This document shows positions 27,746 to 36,139 of a stretch of DNA of 64,000 nt, in pieces. The DNA is taken from assembly GCA_021205695.1 (NCBI GenBank), contig JAJPXB010000029.1, forward strand, positions 5,582-69,581, written 5' to 3'. The DNA comes from Clostridiales bacterium. Lineage in GTDB: Bacteria; Bacillota; Clostridia; Oscillospirales; Oscillospiraceae. Under the pieces are notes generated by a model that saw only the letters and a list, made by a program, of their open reading frames with translations, had not been told where the DNA came from and did no database searches. Position numbers and translations under genes: made by a program. Position 1 is the first letter of the stretch; each line of letters begins with the position of its first letter.

Positions 27746-30700
27746 AACCGGATTTATCGTTTGGGAACATTGGCAGTCGAACGCTGGAGAGGAATCCGCC
27801 TACGACAATCTGCTGATTTTGACCGACAAGTTTACCGACAGGGCGGTGACGGATGAGGACTCAGCGATTCTGGCGGCTCAGGACGCTGCGGAATCGCTAG
27901 GGTTGCAAAATGCCATGGAGGAGCTGGAACCGCTGAGTACCGCAGAGGCATACGGAGACTCCTATTACCGTCTACAGCAGTATTACCGGGGATACCCTGT
28001 GTATGGCAGAGCGGTCGTCGTGCTGGCCGATGAAAACGGTGAAGCGTTCACTCTGGTCGGGAATGTGGCGGACGTGGATGCAGATTTGAACTTTACGCCC
28101 TCTGTCACACAGACGGAGCTGGAGAAAAGCCTTTCGGCCTATGCGGAGGAGGAGCTGGAATTGAGCGGCGAGGTCTCTCTGGAGGAGGCCTCCGATGATG
28201 CGCTGGTCATCTATGACCTGTATGACGAGGAGACGCACCTGGCATACGAACTGTCCGCCTCGCTCGACGAGGAGTTGTACACGGTCGTCTTGGATGCCAA
28301 CGACGGGGAGGTGCTGGTGGCTTGCGAAACTCTGTCTAGTGCATCTATTACAGGGACAAATTCGTCTGGAACAGTCACAGTGAATGCCTCCGTGAGTGAT
28401 GAAAATGAAGGTACATATTTTCTTTATGACTCGGAACGTAAAATTAGCATTCTTGATTTAGATGGAACAACAAGTCAGAAAACCGTTGGTTGGAGCGGAA
28501 ATGGAAGAGGCGGTGATTCTTCGGACGCAGAAGATTCTACAAAAGCTATACTTGGAGAGCAGGTTTCTTCGACCGAGACAAATAGCGAGGGAGCTGCCAT
28601 TTTTTCGGATGATGCTATAAATTACCTAGATACTCTGTCAAAGATTTATGATACGTATGAAAACTGGGGAATTAATAGCTTGTACACCATTTATGCGAAT
28701 TACAGGGATGGCTTCGACAGTGGAATGAACGCTGTAGGTGGTGTGGTCACAGTAGATGGAACTACATTTGGTTATATCAGCGCTGGGTTAGTTACTGGGA
28801 CTTCGGATATTGATGCGTACGCTCATGAGTATGCCCATTATATTATGTATTCGCATATTACTTTGACATCCAACTACAGGAGTGCAATTGCAGAAGGCTT
28901 CGCTGATATATATGGCTGTTTGGTTGAGTGCGAAATAGAAGGGTGGGACGAACCAGATTGGAGTATTACAGGAGATAATATTAACGTGTATCGTGATATG
29001 GCGGAACCTACTGCTTCGGGAAATGCAGAATATTGGGATGGTGAAGAAGATTCCGAACATGAATACAACGAATCCACAATTATTTCTCATGCTGCTTACC
29101 TTATGTGGCGAGGAAAAGACAGTAAAATTGGCATAGGCCAAACATATGGTTCCTTATCAGTGGATGAGTTGGCAGAACTGTGGTATCGAGCTATGCTCAT
29201 GTTTCCCACTGACTGCGATTATAATCATGTGTGCCAGCTGGTAGAACTGGCAGCTGAGCATATGTCCCTTTCTGATCAACAGAAAGAATGTATTTCGTGG
29301 GCGTTTTATCAGGTTGGAATTGCAGAAACCTATACTCTTGATGCAGATTTCAATCTAACTTTGTATGATACAAATGGAGACAGTTATGCGGAGTATTATG
29401 CTTCTGTCGAGGTAATCCTTTCGGAGGAAACACTCTCAGAAAATACTGCCATTGTCTACGAACCTGGTGTGGATGGAATACTTTCTTTTCATCTTGACAG
29501 TGGAAAAGCATATAAAGTTACATTAATTGACAATCAGGATGATACAAAAAAGTTTTTATTCTATGCATATATCACTGATAAAAACGGATACGATACGCTG
29601 ACACTTTACACAGACTTTGGCACCGTAAAGACCGGAACCCTATCCGGCACCATCGTGTCCGCATCCGACAGCTCGACAGCCATCGGCGGTGCGTCCGTCA
29701 CGGTTCTGGATGGGGATACCGTAGTAGAAGAACTGACCACAGATGAAGACGGCGCATTTGAGGCAGAGGTTTCCCCAGGAACCTATACCGTCCAAATCGA
29801 AATGGACGGCTATGATGCAGTGGAGCTGACGGTTTCTGTGGATCTGCGGGAGGATGTGGACGTGGGAGAGATCACCATGACCTCATCCTCGAACGAAAAG
29901 GTGCTGCGGGCAAAATTGAATGAGCTGATTGAAACCTATGGAATCTTTGCGTCCGGACAGAGCGGAACGGTATCGAACTATGTGGTTCCCAGTTGGCTCA
30001 ACCCGACAGGTATCCTCTCCGCAACCATCCTGGATCTGGACGCGGACGGAAGCCTGGAGCTGCAAGTCTGTCGCACGGAAAAATGGGAATATGGCGGATA
30101 TACATATTATAAGGTGCTGATGGAGGTTTACGAAGCGGATACGCAGGCTGCGTATCTGGCGACCTATATGTGGTTTGATCCATACGGCACCAGCGCCGAT
30201 GTATATGACGACACTTATGTCTATCCACTTACATATGTGTCGCTGACGGAGACAGAGAACAATCAGATTCTGGCAACAGTTAATGCGGCGCAGACAGAGA
30301 ACGGGTATTACCTTGTATGCGAGTACTATATGCAGGGGGTTCTCGGGGACGGCGGATACGGAGCGACCTGGGTGCTGGAATACCAGAACGAAACCCTACA
30401 GTATGTGTGCAGTTTGGAAAACGGTGACGTGGGCAGCAGCGTGGATACCGGTTTTGCCTACGAAGAATTTGACAACGAGGATCCTGCCCCGTTCCCCACC
30501 AAGATAACCATGTATTATGAACCGGAGGTGACCGACCTCAAACAATATTATTATTATACAGACTTGGAGGAGTGGGACTGGACTCCAGGAGCAATTAAAA
30601 GAGAGTTTTTTGCGAAATATGGCCTCAAATTTGCCTCGACAGAGACGGAGTTCGTATTTAGCTATGACAACTTCGGCGGCTATGGAGACTACTATGGATT

Positions 30701-31382
30701 CAGCGGAACGACCTCCGGTGACGCCGACACGGAGTTGGAATTCAGACTTGTCATCAACACAACAGCCAGCGATTATGAATCCGGCACATTCACGTTTGAA
30801 GAGAAACTGACGCGCGGGAATAGCCTGCTGGACAGCCACGGCGATGGCGAGGCTGAAGGCGACAGCGAGGCTGAAACATCGGGCAATGCGGATGTCAGCG
30901 AGATCGTGCTCGACACGTCGTACGCAAACGACTATGAATTCGGCAATATCTGCGCCTATGATTCCGACGGAAACCTGGTCTGGTCCTATGAGACCGGCTC
31001 CTATCCCGCAACGGAGCTCGGCGCAATCAGTGAGATCGGGCTGAGAGACGGATGCTACTACTTTGTGGAGAGCGGCACCGTTGTCGCCATGGATGCGGCA
31101 ACGGGTGAGATCCTGTGGAGGAACAGCGATTTTGGGGGCTCTGGAGCGTCGGCGTTTGCGGAGGACTGCATCTGTCTGGCAGGGTATTACGGTCCGGACT
31201 TTTACGCCGTGTCCTATGACGGGACGACGCTCTGCACGATAAACAGCTTTGGCACCGAATACTATTGGGCGTCCAATGTCACGATATCGGGCAATACGGC
31301 GCTCGTGTCCCTGAACGATGGCTATTATGAAGCCCGGATAAACCTGGAAACATGGGAGTATACCATTTCCGACGTGGGCTGA
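27519..31382 (+). CDS. Double-zinc-ribbon/TM-anchored thermolysin-like (M4) metalloprotease with CarboxypepD_reg-like and PQQ-like repeat domains
   Basis: The start is ATG 27519 after GGAGG; the track start 27453 is over-extended. 1287 aa with ribbons + TM as in 23555. FTP/PepSY-like propeptide segments are present. HEYAH is at 28824-28838 and AIAEGFADIYG has its Glu at 28893-28895. A CarboxypepD_reg-like domain spans aa ~707-787. C-terminal repeats resemble GNLVWSYETG...ATGEILWRN. Confidence 0.85.
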   Translation: MKCPNCRTEQPETAKFCGKCGFKLEGRVCPKCGTLAPKGAQYCGVCGRKLKKSSGGGHRIWKVALAIVLCLVLVVGTGFIVWEHWQSNAGEESAYDNLLILTDKFTDRAVTDEDSAILAAQDAAESLGLQNAMEELEPLSTAEAYGDSYYRLQQYYRGYPVYGRAVVVLADENGEAFTLVGNVADVDADLNFTPSVTQTELEKSLSAYAEEELELSGEVSLEEASDDALVIYDLYDEETHLAYELSASLDEELYTVVLDANDGEVLVACETLSSASITGTNSSGTVTVNASVSDENEGTYFLYDSERKISILDLDGTTSQKTVGWSGNGRGGDSSDAEDSTKAILGEQVSSTETNSEGAAIFSDDAINYLDTLSKIYDTYENWGINSLYTIYANYRDGFDSGMNAVGGVVTVDGTTFGYISAGLVTGTSDIDAYAHEYAHYIMYSHITLTSNYRSAIAEGFADIYGCLVECEIEGWDEPDWSITGDNINVYRDMAEPTASGNAEYWDGEEDSEHEYNESTIISHAAYLMWRGKDSKIGIGQTYGSLSVDELAELWYRAMLMFPTDCDYNHVCQLVELAAEHMSLSDQQKECISWAFYQVGIAETYTLDADFNLTLYDTNGDSYAEYYASVEVILSEETLSENTAIVYEPGVDGILSFHLDSGKAYKVTLIDNQDDTKKFLFYAYITDKNGYDTLTLYTDFGTVKTGTLSGTIVSASDSSTAIGGASVTVLDGDTVVEELTTDEDGAFEAEVSPGTYTVQIEMDGYDAVELTVSVDLREDVDVGEITMTSSSNEKVLRAKLNELIETYGIFASGQSGTVSNYVVPSWLNPTGILSATILDLDADGSLELQVCRTEKWEYGGYTYYKVLMEVYEADTQAAYLATYMWFDPYGTSADVYDDTYVYPLTYVSLTETENNQILATVNAAQTENGYYLVCEYYMQGVLGDGGYGATWVLEYQNETLQYVCSLENGDVGSSVDTGFAYEEFDNEDPAPFPTKITMYYEPEVTDLKQYYYYTDLEEWDWTPGAIKREFFAKYGLKFASTETEFVFSYDNFGGYGDYYGFSGTTSGDADTELEFRLVINTTASDYESGTFTFEEKLTRGNSLLDSHGDGEAEGDSEAETSGNADVSEIVLDTSYANDYEFGNICAYDSDGNLVWSYETGSYPATELGAISEIGLRDGCYYFVESGTVVAMDAATGEILWRNSDFGGSGASAFAEDCICLAGYYGPDFYAVSYDGTTLCTINSFGTEYYWASNVTISGNTALVSLNDGYYEARINLETWEYTISDVG

Positions 31383-31609
31383 CACCGACTGCGCGCGGCT
31401 GTGGGACTGCTGCCTCACCATTTACATTTTGCGGGATTAAGCGGAAGCAGAAGGGGGGAGTTTTCCCATGCCATGTTTACAATCATAGCAGAACGACCTG
31501 CGCTGCCTGAAGGACACCGTTCCGGAGACGGACGCAGGTGGGATCGAATATCTCGGGGCAGAATTCTGAGATGGCTGCCGACAATTTTTAGAACAGGAGA
31601 GAAAGACAA

Positions 31610-32500
31610 ATGGGTATTTTCGACAGATTTGGAAAGAAAATTTCCGACACAGGACGGGATGCGATTGAAACGGGAAAGGGGTATGCCAATATATCCAAAT
31701 ACAACGGGATGATCTCGGAGAACAACGAGAAAATAAGACATCTCATGCAGGAAATTGGCGAGAAGTACTGTCAATTGCATATGGAAGACGCAGAACCGAC
31801 ATTAAGAACACTGGTCAGCGCAGTGGCTGATATGCAGGCGCAAAACCGGGAGCTGGAGAATGAAATCCTGGATTTGCGAGGGCTGAAAAAGTGCCCATTT
31901 TGCGGGGAAATTATATCAAAAAGTATCGCCTATTGCGATAAATGCGGTAATCGGGTTTTGTCGGAAGATGTAGTGGTTTGCCCGAACCCGAAGTGCAGGG
32001 AGCTTTTGCCTGCAGGAACCCTGTTCTGCTTAAAATGCGGTAAACGCGTGGTCAGCGATACACCGGCCAAAACGCCGCAGCTGCAAAAGTGTGCGAGATG
32101 CGGCGCTTCGTTGGTGGACGGAGCCAGGTTTTGCTCTGTCTGCAGCGAACCTGTCCTTGGGCAGAAGGCGGAGGAACAGCCGCCTGCCCTGCCGCGCAAG
32201 TGCCCCAAGTGCGAGAGCCCCGTGTCTGAGGGGGACGTGTTTTGCCCCGTTTGTGGCACGAAAGTGATCGGCGGGGAATCTACGCAGGTACAGCCCCTTA
32301 CGGGGGCAGCGGATGCAGGCGAGGAGACTGCTCAGAAACAGGAGACGTCTTCCGGGAAACAGGCCAACGTGCCTGATTACGCACAGGTAAACGACATTGT
32401 GAATCAGATTGCGTCAGAGACAGTGGCTGTCTGCCCCCGGTGCGGAAGCAAGCTGGAGCCGGACAGCGCATTCTGCTCCGAGTGCGGCCTTAAGCTGTAG
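31610..32500 (+). CDS. Soluble protein with N-terminal coiled-coil-like segment and five zinc ribbons
   Basis: 296 aa with no TM helix. The ribbons are CPFC..CDKC, CPNPKC..CLKC, CARC..CSVC, CPKC..CPVC and CPRC..CSEC. Confidence 0.85.
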   Translation: MGIFDRFGKKISDTGRDAIETGKGYANISKYNGMISENNEKIRHLMQEIGEKYCQLHMEDAEPTLRTLVSAVADMQAQNRELENEILDLRGLKKCPFCGEIISKSIAYCDKCGNRVLSEDVVVCPNPKCRELLPAGTLFCLKCGKRVVSDTPAKTPQLQKCARCGASLVDGARFCSVCSEPVLGQKAEEQPPALPRKCPKCESPVSEGDVFCPVCGTKVIGGESTQVQPLTGAADAGEETAQKQETSSGKQANVPDYAQVNDIVNQIASETVAVCPRCGSKLEPDSAFCSECGLKL

Positions 32501-32616
32501 ACGGCGGCTGAACAGAAGCCGGATACGGCAGAGCAGGCCGCAGAAGTGAAAGAGAAAGAAGCTCAAGCGGCTTGCCTGCCTGTTTGCATCCGTGGCGCGG
32601 GAAAGGAAAAAATACT

Positions 32617-34257
32617 ATGATCTGCCCAAACTGTAAAAGAGAAGTGTCGGATTCTGCCAAATTTTGTCCGAAATGCGGCGAAAAAATAGAAAAAGAAGTG
32701 CTGTGCCCTTCGTGCGGAAAACCAGTGTCCAAGCAGATGACATACTGCCCATGGTGTAGCAACCTATTGCAGGAGAGCCAGCAGAAAACGGCCTTCTGTA
32801 TGACGTGCGGGAAACCGGTGCCTCCTGGGGAGACATGTTGCTCCGACTGCCAGAAAAAGAAGAGGCGGAAAAAACATTTGCGTACAGCGATAATCGTGGT
32901 ATGCATTATCCTGCTGCTGGTTGTCGGAATTGTAGGCGGCTTCTATCTGTATGGACAACCGCTGCCGTTTGAAATAGGAGCGCAACAGACCGAGGATGAG
33001 ATGGACGAGGAAGCCGCATCAGAGGAAGCCGCGACGGACAGTGAAGACGGGGACGCGGCATCTGCCACTGACGCAGCTGATGCCGACAGCGAGGAGCAGA
33101 TGGCGGAGGCGACGGTTGAGGAGGCACCTGAGGAGACGCAGCTGACCACGGAGCAGTGCGTGCAAATCTACGGTGACTACTATAGTGATGCCGGGTTACA
33201 GTCACAGCTACAATACATAGCGTATGACAGCAATGGGAATATCACGAACACAGAGGAAATGGGCGTGGTGTCCGTCAGCGTGGCTGACCTGAATGATGAC
33301 GGGACATTAGAGATGCTTTTGGTTCAGGTCAGTGGGGAGAACCAGGCAGGGCTCTGCATGGAAATCTACGGGATAGAAGATGGAGCAGCCGCCCTGCAGG
33401 CGTCGCTGGAGGATTTGTATCCGGAGGCTCTGGAGGCCTCTAGTGGCAGGAGAACGGACGTTGTCCAGGTCGGAGAGTCGATCCTGGTCGCCATATATGG
33501 AGACGGCGTGGCTGTGGCGTATCTCTATCAGCTCGATGAAAACGCACTGGAGCTGGTGTGGAGTGCGCAGACTGGGGACGAATGGGCAGAGAGTGAACTG
33601 GAGGAACTGACAAACAGCTGGTGCGCAGATGTACTTGCGGACTATCTGTCCACGGCGGGATCCAAATATGATGATGTAGACTATGGGAACGGGGAGCTGC
33701 TGTGCTCGTTTATTGGGAGCGGAGTCGGCAGCCAGAGTAAAACGGAGCAGGGGATCACAAATGTGTATGATTACACAGGCACCTTGGATAATGCAGAGGT
33801 GAACGAGTTTGATTTTCCGGCCGGCACAGTGGAATATAACGGACACCATTATATGGTCTGTCTGGAGACGACCGACTGGGAGAGCGCTGAACTTGCATGC
33901 GAGGAGATGGGCGGGCATTTGGTGACAATTGCCAACGCCGAAGAAAATGACTACGTGTATACATTGGCTTGCGCCTACAGTACAGAGCTGGCCTTCCTGA
34001 CCGGCGGGACTGACCATCGACAGGAAGGCACATTTGAGTGGATTACAGGGGAGCCATTTGAGTACACCTGCTGGGGCTATCTAAATGAACCGGACAACTA
34101 TCGCGGCTATAAGGAGCAGGATTATATTACCCTGTTGACATTTGACCAATCTGGCGAATATAAGGACGACAGCGGGGAATCCTGGGGGATTCACGCATCA
34201 GAATGGGACGATAAGGACGGAGGAGATAACCCCTATATCTGCGAGTGGGATTTCTGA
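32617..34257 (+). CDS. Triple-zinc-ribbon/TM-anchored protein with C-terminal C-type lectin-like domain
   Basis: The start is ATG 32617 (MICPNC...). Three ribbons, KKKRRKKHLR and a TM helix are followed by an acidic linker. A CTLD spans aa ~404-546 (HLVTIANAEEN, EGTFEWITGE, NEPDN, WDD, ICEWDF). Confidence 0.85.
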   Translation: MICPNCKREVSDSAKFCPKCGEKIEKEVLCPSCGKPVSKQMTYCPWCSNLLQESQQKTAFCMTCGKPVPPGETCCSDCQKKKRRKKHLRTAIIVVCIILLLVVGIVGGFYLYGQPLPFEIGAQQTEDEMDEEAASEEAATDSEDGDAASATDAADADSEEQMAEATVEEAPEETQLTTEQCVQIYGDYYSDAGLQSQLQYIAYDSNGNITNTEEMGVVSVSVADLNDDGTLEMLLVQVSGENQAGLCMEIYGIEDGAAALQASLEDLYPEALEASSGRRTDVVQVGESILVAIYGDGVAVAYLYQLDENALELVWSAQTGDEWAESELEELTNSWCADVLADYLSTAGSKYDDVDYGNGELLCSFIGSGVGSQSKTEQGITNVYDYTGTLDNAEVNEFDFPAGTVEYNGHHYMVCLETTDWESAELACEEMGGHLVTIANAEENDYVYTLACAYSTELAFLTGGTDHRQEGTFEWITGEPFEYTCWGYLNEPDNYRGYKEQDYITLLTFDQSGEYKDDSGESWGIHASEWDDKDGGDNPYICEWDF

Positions 34258-34279
34258 TTCGAGACAGAGGTGTTGAGAG

Positions 34280-36007
34280 ATGGGAGAACAAGGGAGAGAG
34301 GAGCGATCGAAGGTTGACCAGGAACAGCGGCAGAGAAAGACAAGGTGGTATGCTATCCCCTGCGCCGTAGTCGCAGTTTGTCTCTGCTTGATTGCAATCG
34401 TCCTGGTTCTCGGCCCTGCCGACACGGAAGCGGAGGATATCGGAACCGCAGATGAGCAGACAGAGGAGGATGCTGCGGACGGGAGACAGACCGACAGCGA
34501 TGTGGAGGCGGAGGCCTCGACGTTTGCCATCTCCATCGGAGAGGAAGATCTTACCCTGATGGTGACGGCGCAGAAGCAGCTCACAGCTGTTGTTTCCGAT
34601 AAGAACGGGGACGAGGTGCCAGACAGCGTGCCCGTCACATGGGCCAGCTCTAATCCGGAGGTGGTCTCCGTCTCGGATGACGGAACGATTACCGCTCTGG
34701 CGGAGGGGACGGCACAGATAACAGCGAGCATTTCCGACGGGGAGACTGCATCGCTGTCAGTGACGGTGCTCCCGCTGAATGTGACGGAGAAGACCGTGTT
34801 TGTCCAGCCGGGGGATGTGCTGACCATCAGCGAACTGGGGCTTCTTCCGGAGGAAACGGAGTGGACAGATTTTCAGTGGTCTTGCTCTGACGAGGAGGTG
34901 GCCGCTGTCTCAGCGGGTGAAATCACCATTTTGAGCGACGGAGAGGCGGAGATTTGTGGCAGGGGAGATATTGCGCGCATCTCCTGCACCGTGACGACCT
35001 GCTTTGGCGGCAAACTCATCGCCCATCGGGGACTGAACACCGAGGCGCCGGAGAACACTGTGCCTGCCTTCGAGCTGGCGGGACAGGCGGGCGCCTGGGG
35101 AATAGAGACGGATATCGCCTCGACCGCTGATGGAGTATTGGTCTGTCTTCATGACAGCACCATAGACGCCATGACAGACGGAAGCGGCGAGGTGAGCGAC
35201 TTTACCTATGAGGAATTGATGCAGTACCATATCGATGCAGGAAGCAACGTTGACCAATATCAGGATCTGACCATCCCGACCTTCCAGGAGTATCTGGAGA
35301 TTTGCAGGGAATACGGCGCAGTTGCCGTGATCGAGCTGAAAACCCTGGCCTCTACAGCGGAGGTGCGGACGGTCTATGAGACGATCTGTGCCTGTGGAAT
35401 GGAGGAGCAATGTATTGTCATCAGCTTCCAGTATTCCTATCTCCAGGCGCTGCGCAGCTATACCCGCGACATACCGGTTCAGCTGGTGGTCAATGCTGCC
35501 AGCAAGACGAACATTTCAGAGGCGGCCACACTTGAAAACAGCGGGATCGATTTCAAAACAGGGAGTGAAGAGCTCATTGCCTATGCCCACTCCCTCCATT
35601 GCACGACGAATGTGTGGACAGTAGACACCGCCTCGGCCCAGGAGACCTGGCGAGCGGCGGGGATCGACTTCATCACGGCGAATACGGCGGAGTGGTCCGA
35701 TGAGGCAGCGTCTGACGATGGAGATGAAAACGGTTTAAATGCGGAAACAAAGGACAGGGAGTCGGTCACGCTGTTGCTTGCCTCTGATTATCAGGCAGAG
35801 GACGGTTGGCCTGCGCCCCCGGAGACGCGGACCTCCCTGCTGGACGCTGTCTATGGAGACGGCTATGTGCTGGACAACGCCATCCTGTGTGGCGATTACA
35901 CAAATCTGGAAAAAAGTACAATTATGAGACAAGCCCGGACGATTCGATTGCCGAGATTAAGTCTATCTTTTCGGAATTTGACCCGGGACTGGACACGGAA
36001 ATCATGA
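34280..36007 (+). CDS. Membrane-anchored Big_2 + glycerophosphodiester phosphodiesterase (GDPD) protein; 3' end probably frameshifted
   Basis: The TM helix is at aa ~24-45. A Big_2-like segment (VTWASSNPEVVSVSDDGTITALAEGTAQITA) follows. GDPD motifs are IAHRGLNTEAPENTVPAF...GIETDI...DGVLVCLHD. The reading frame appears to switch at the A6 run at 35910-35915. Confidence 0.8.
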   Translation: MGEQGREERSKVDQEQRQRKTRWYAIPCAVVAVCLCLIAIVLVLGPADTEAEDIGTADEQTEEDAADGRQTDSDVEAEASTFAISIGEEDLTLMVTAQKQLTAVVSDKNGDEVPDSVPVTWASSNPEVVSVSDDGTITALAEGTAQITASISDGETASLSVTVLPLNVTEKTVFVQPGDVLTISELGLLPEETEWTDFQWSCSDEEVAAVSAGEITILSDGEAEICGRGDIARISCTVTTCFGGKLIAHRGLNTEAPENTVPAFELAGQAGAWGIETDIASTADGVLVCLHDSTIDAMTDGSGEVSDFTYEELMQYHIDAGSNVDQYQDLTIPTFQEYLEICREYGAVAVIELKTLASTAEVRTVYETICACGMEEQCIVISFQYSYLQALRSYTRDIPVQLVVNAASKTNISEAATLENSGIDFKTGSEELIAYAHSLHCTTNVWTVDTASAQETWRAAGIDFITANTAEWSDEAASDDGDENGLNAETKDRESVTLLLASDYQAEDGWPAPPETRTSLLDAVYGDGYVLDNAILCGDYTNLEKSTIMRQARTIRLPRLSLSFRNLTRDWTRKS

Positions 36008-36139
36008 TTTGGCACTGGCCCCGTGGGCACAGAACGGGAAAAAGAAAAAGCTGTGTCGGAAGAAAAGACGCTAAAACGGACAAGCAACAGAGTCAGACCT
36101 CTGCGAATGACAGTATATGAACGAATCTGTAGATGAAAT

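Noticed and set aside
25775-34254. Diversity-generating retroelement (DGR) targeting the C-type lectin-like domains
   Set aside because: No reverse transcriptase gene is present in the window. The two CTLD-coding segments are not similar at the nucleotide level, and I found no template/variable repeat pair near either gene's 3' end. These are canonical CTLD sequences rather than the DGR-type CLec fold. A self-BLASTN for A-mismatched repeats would settle this.
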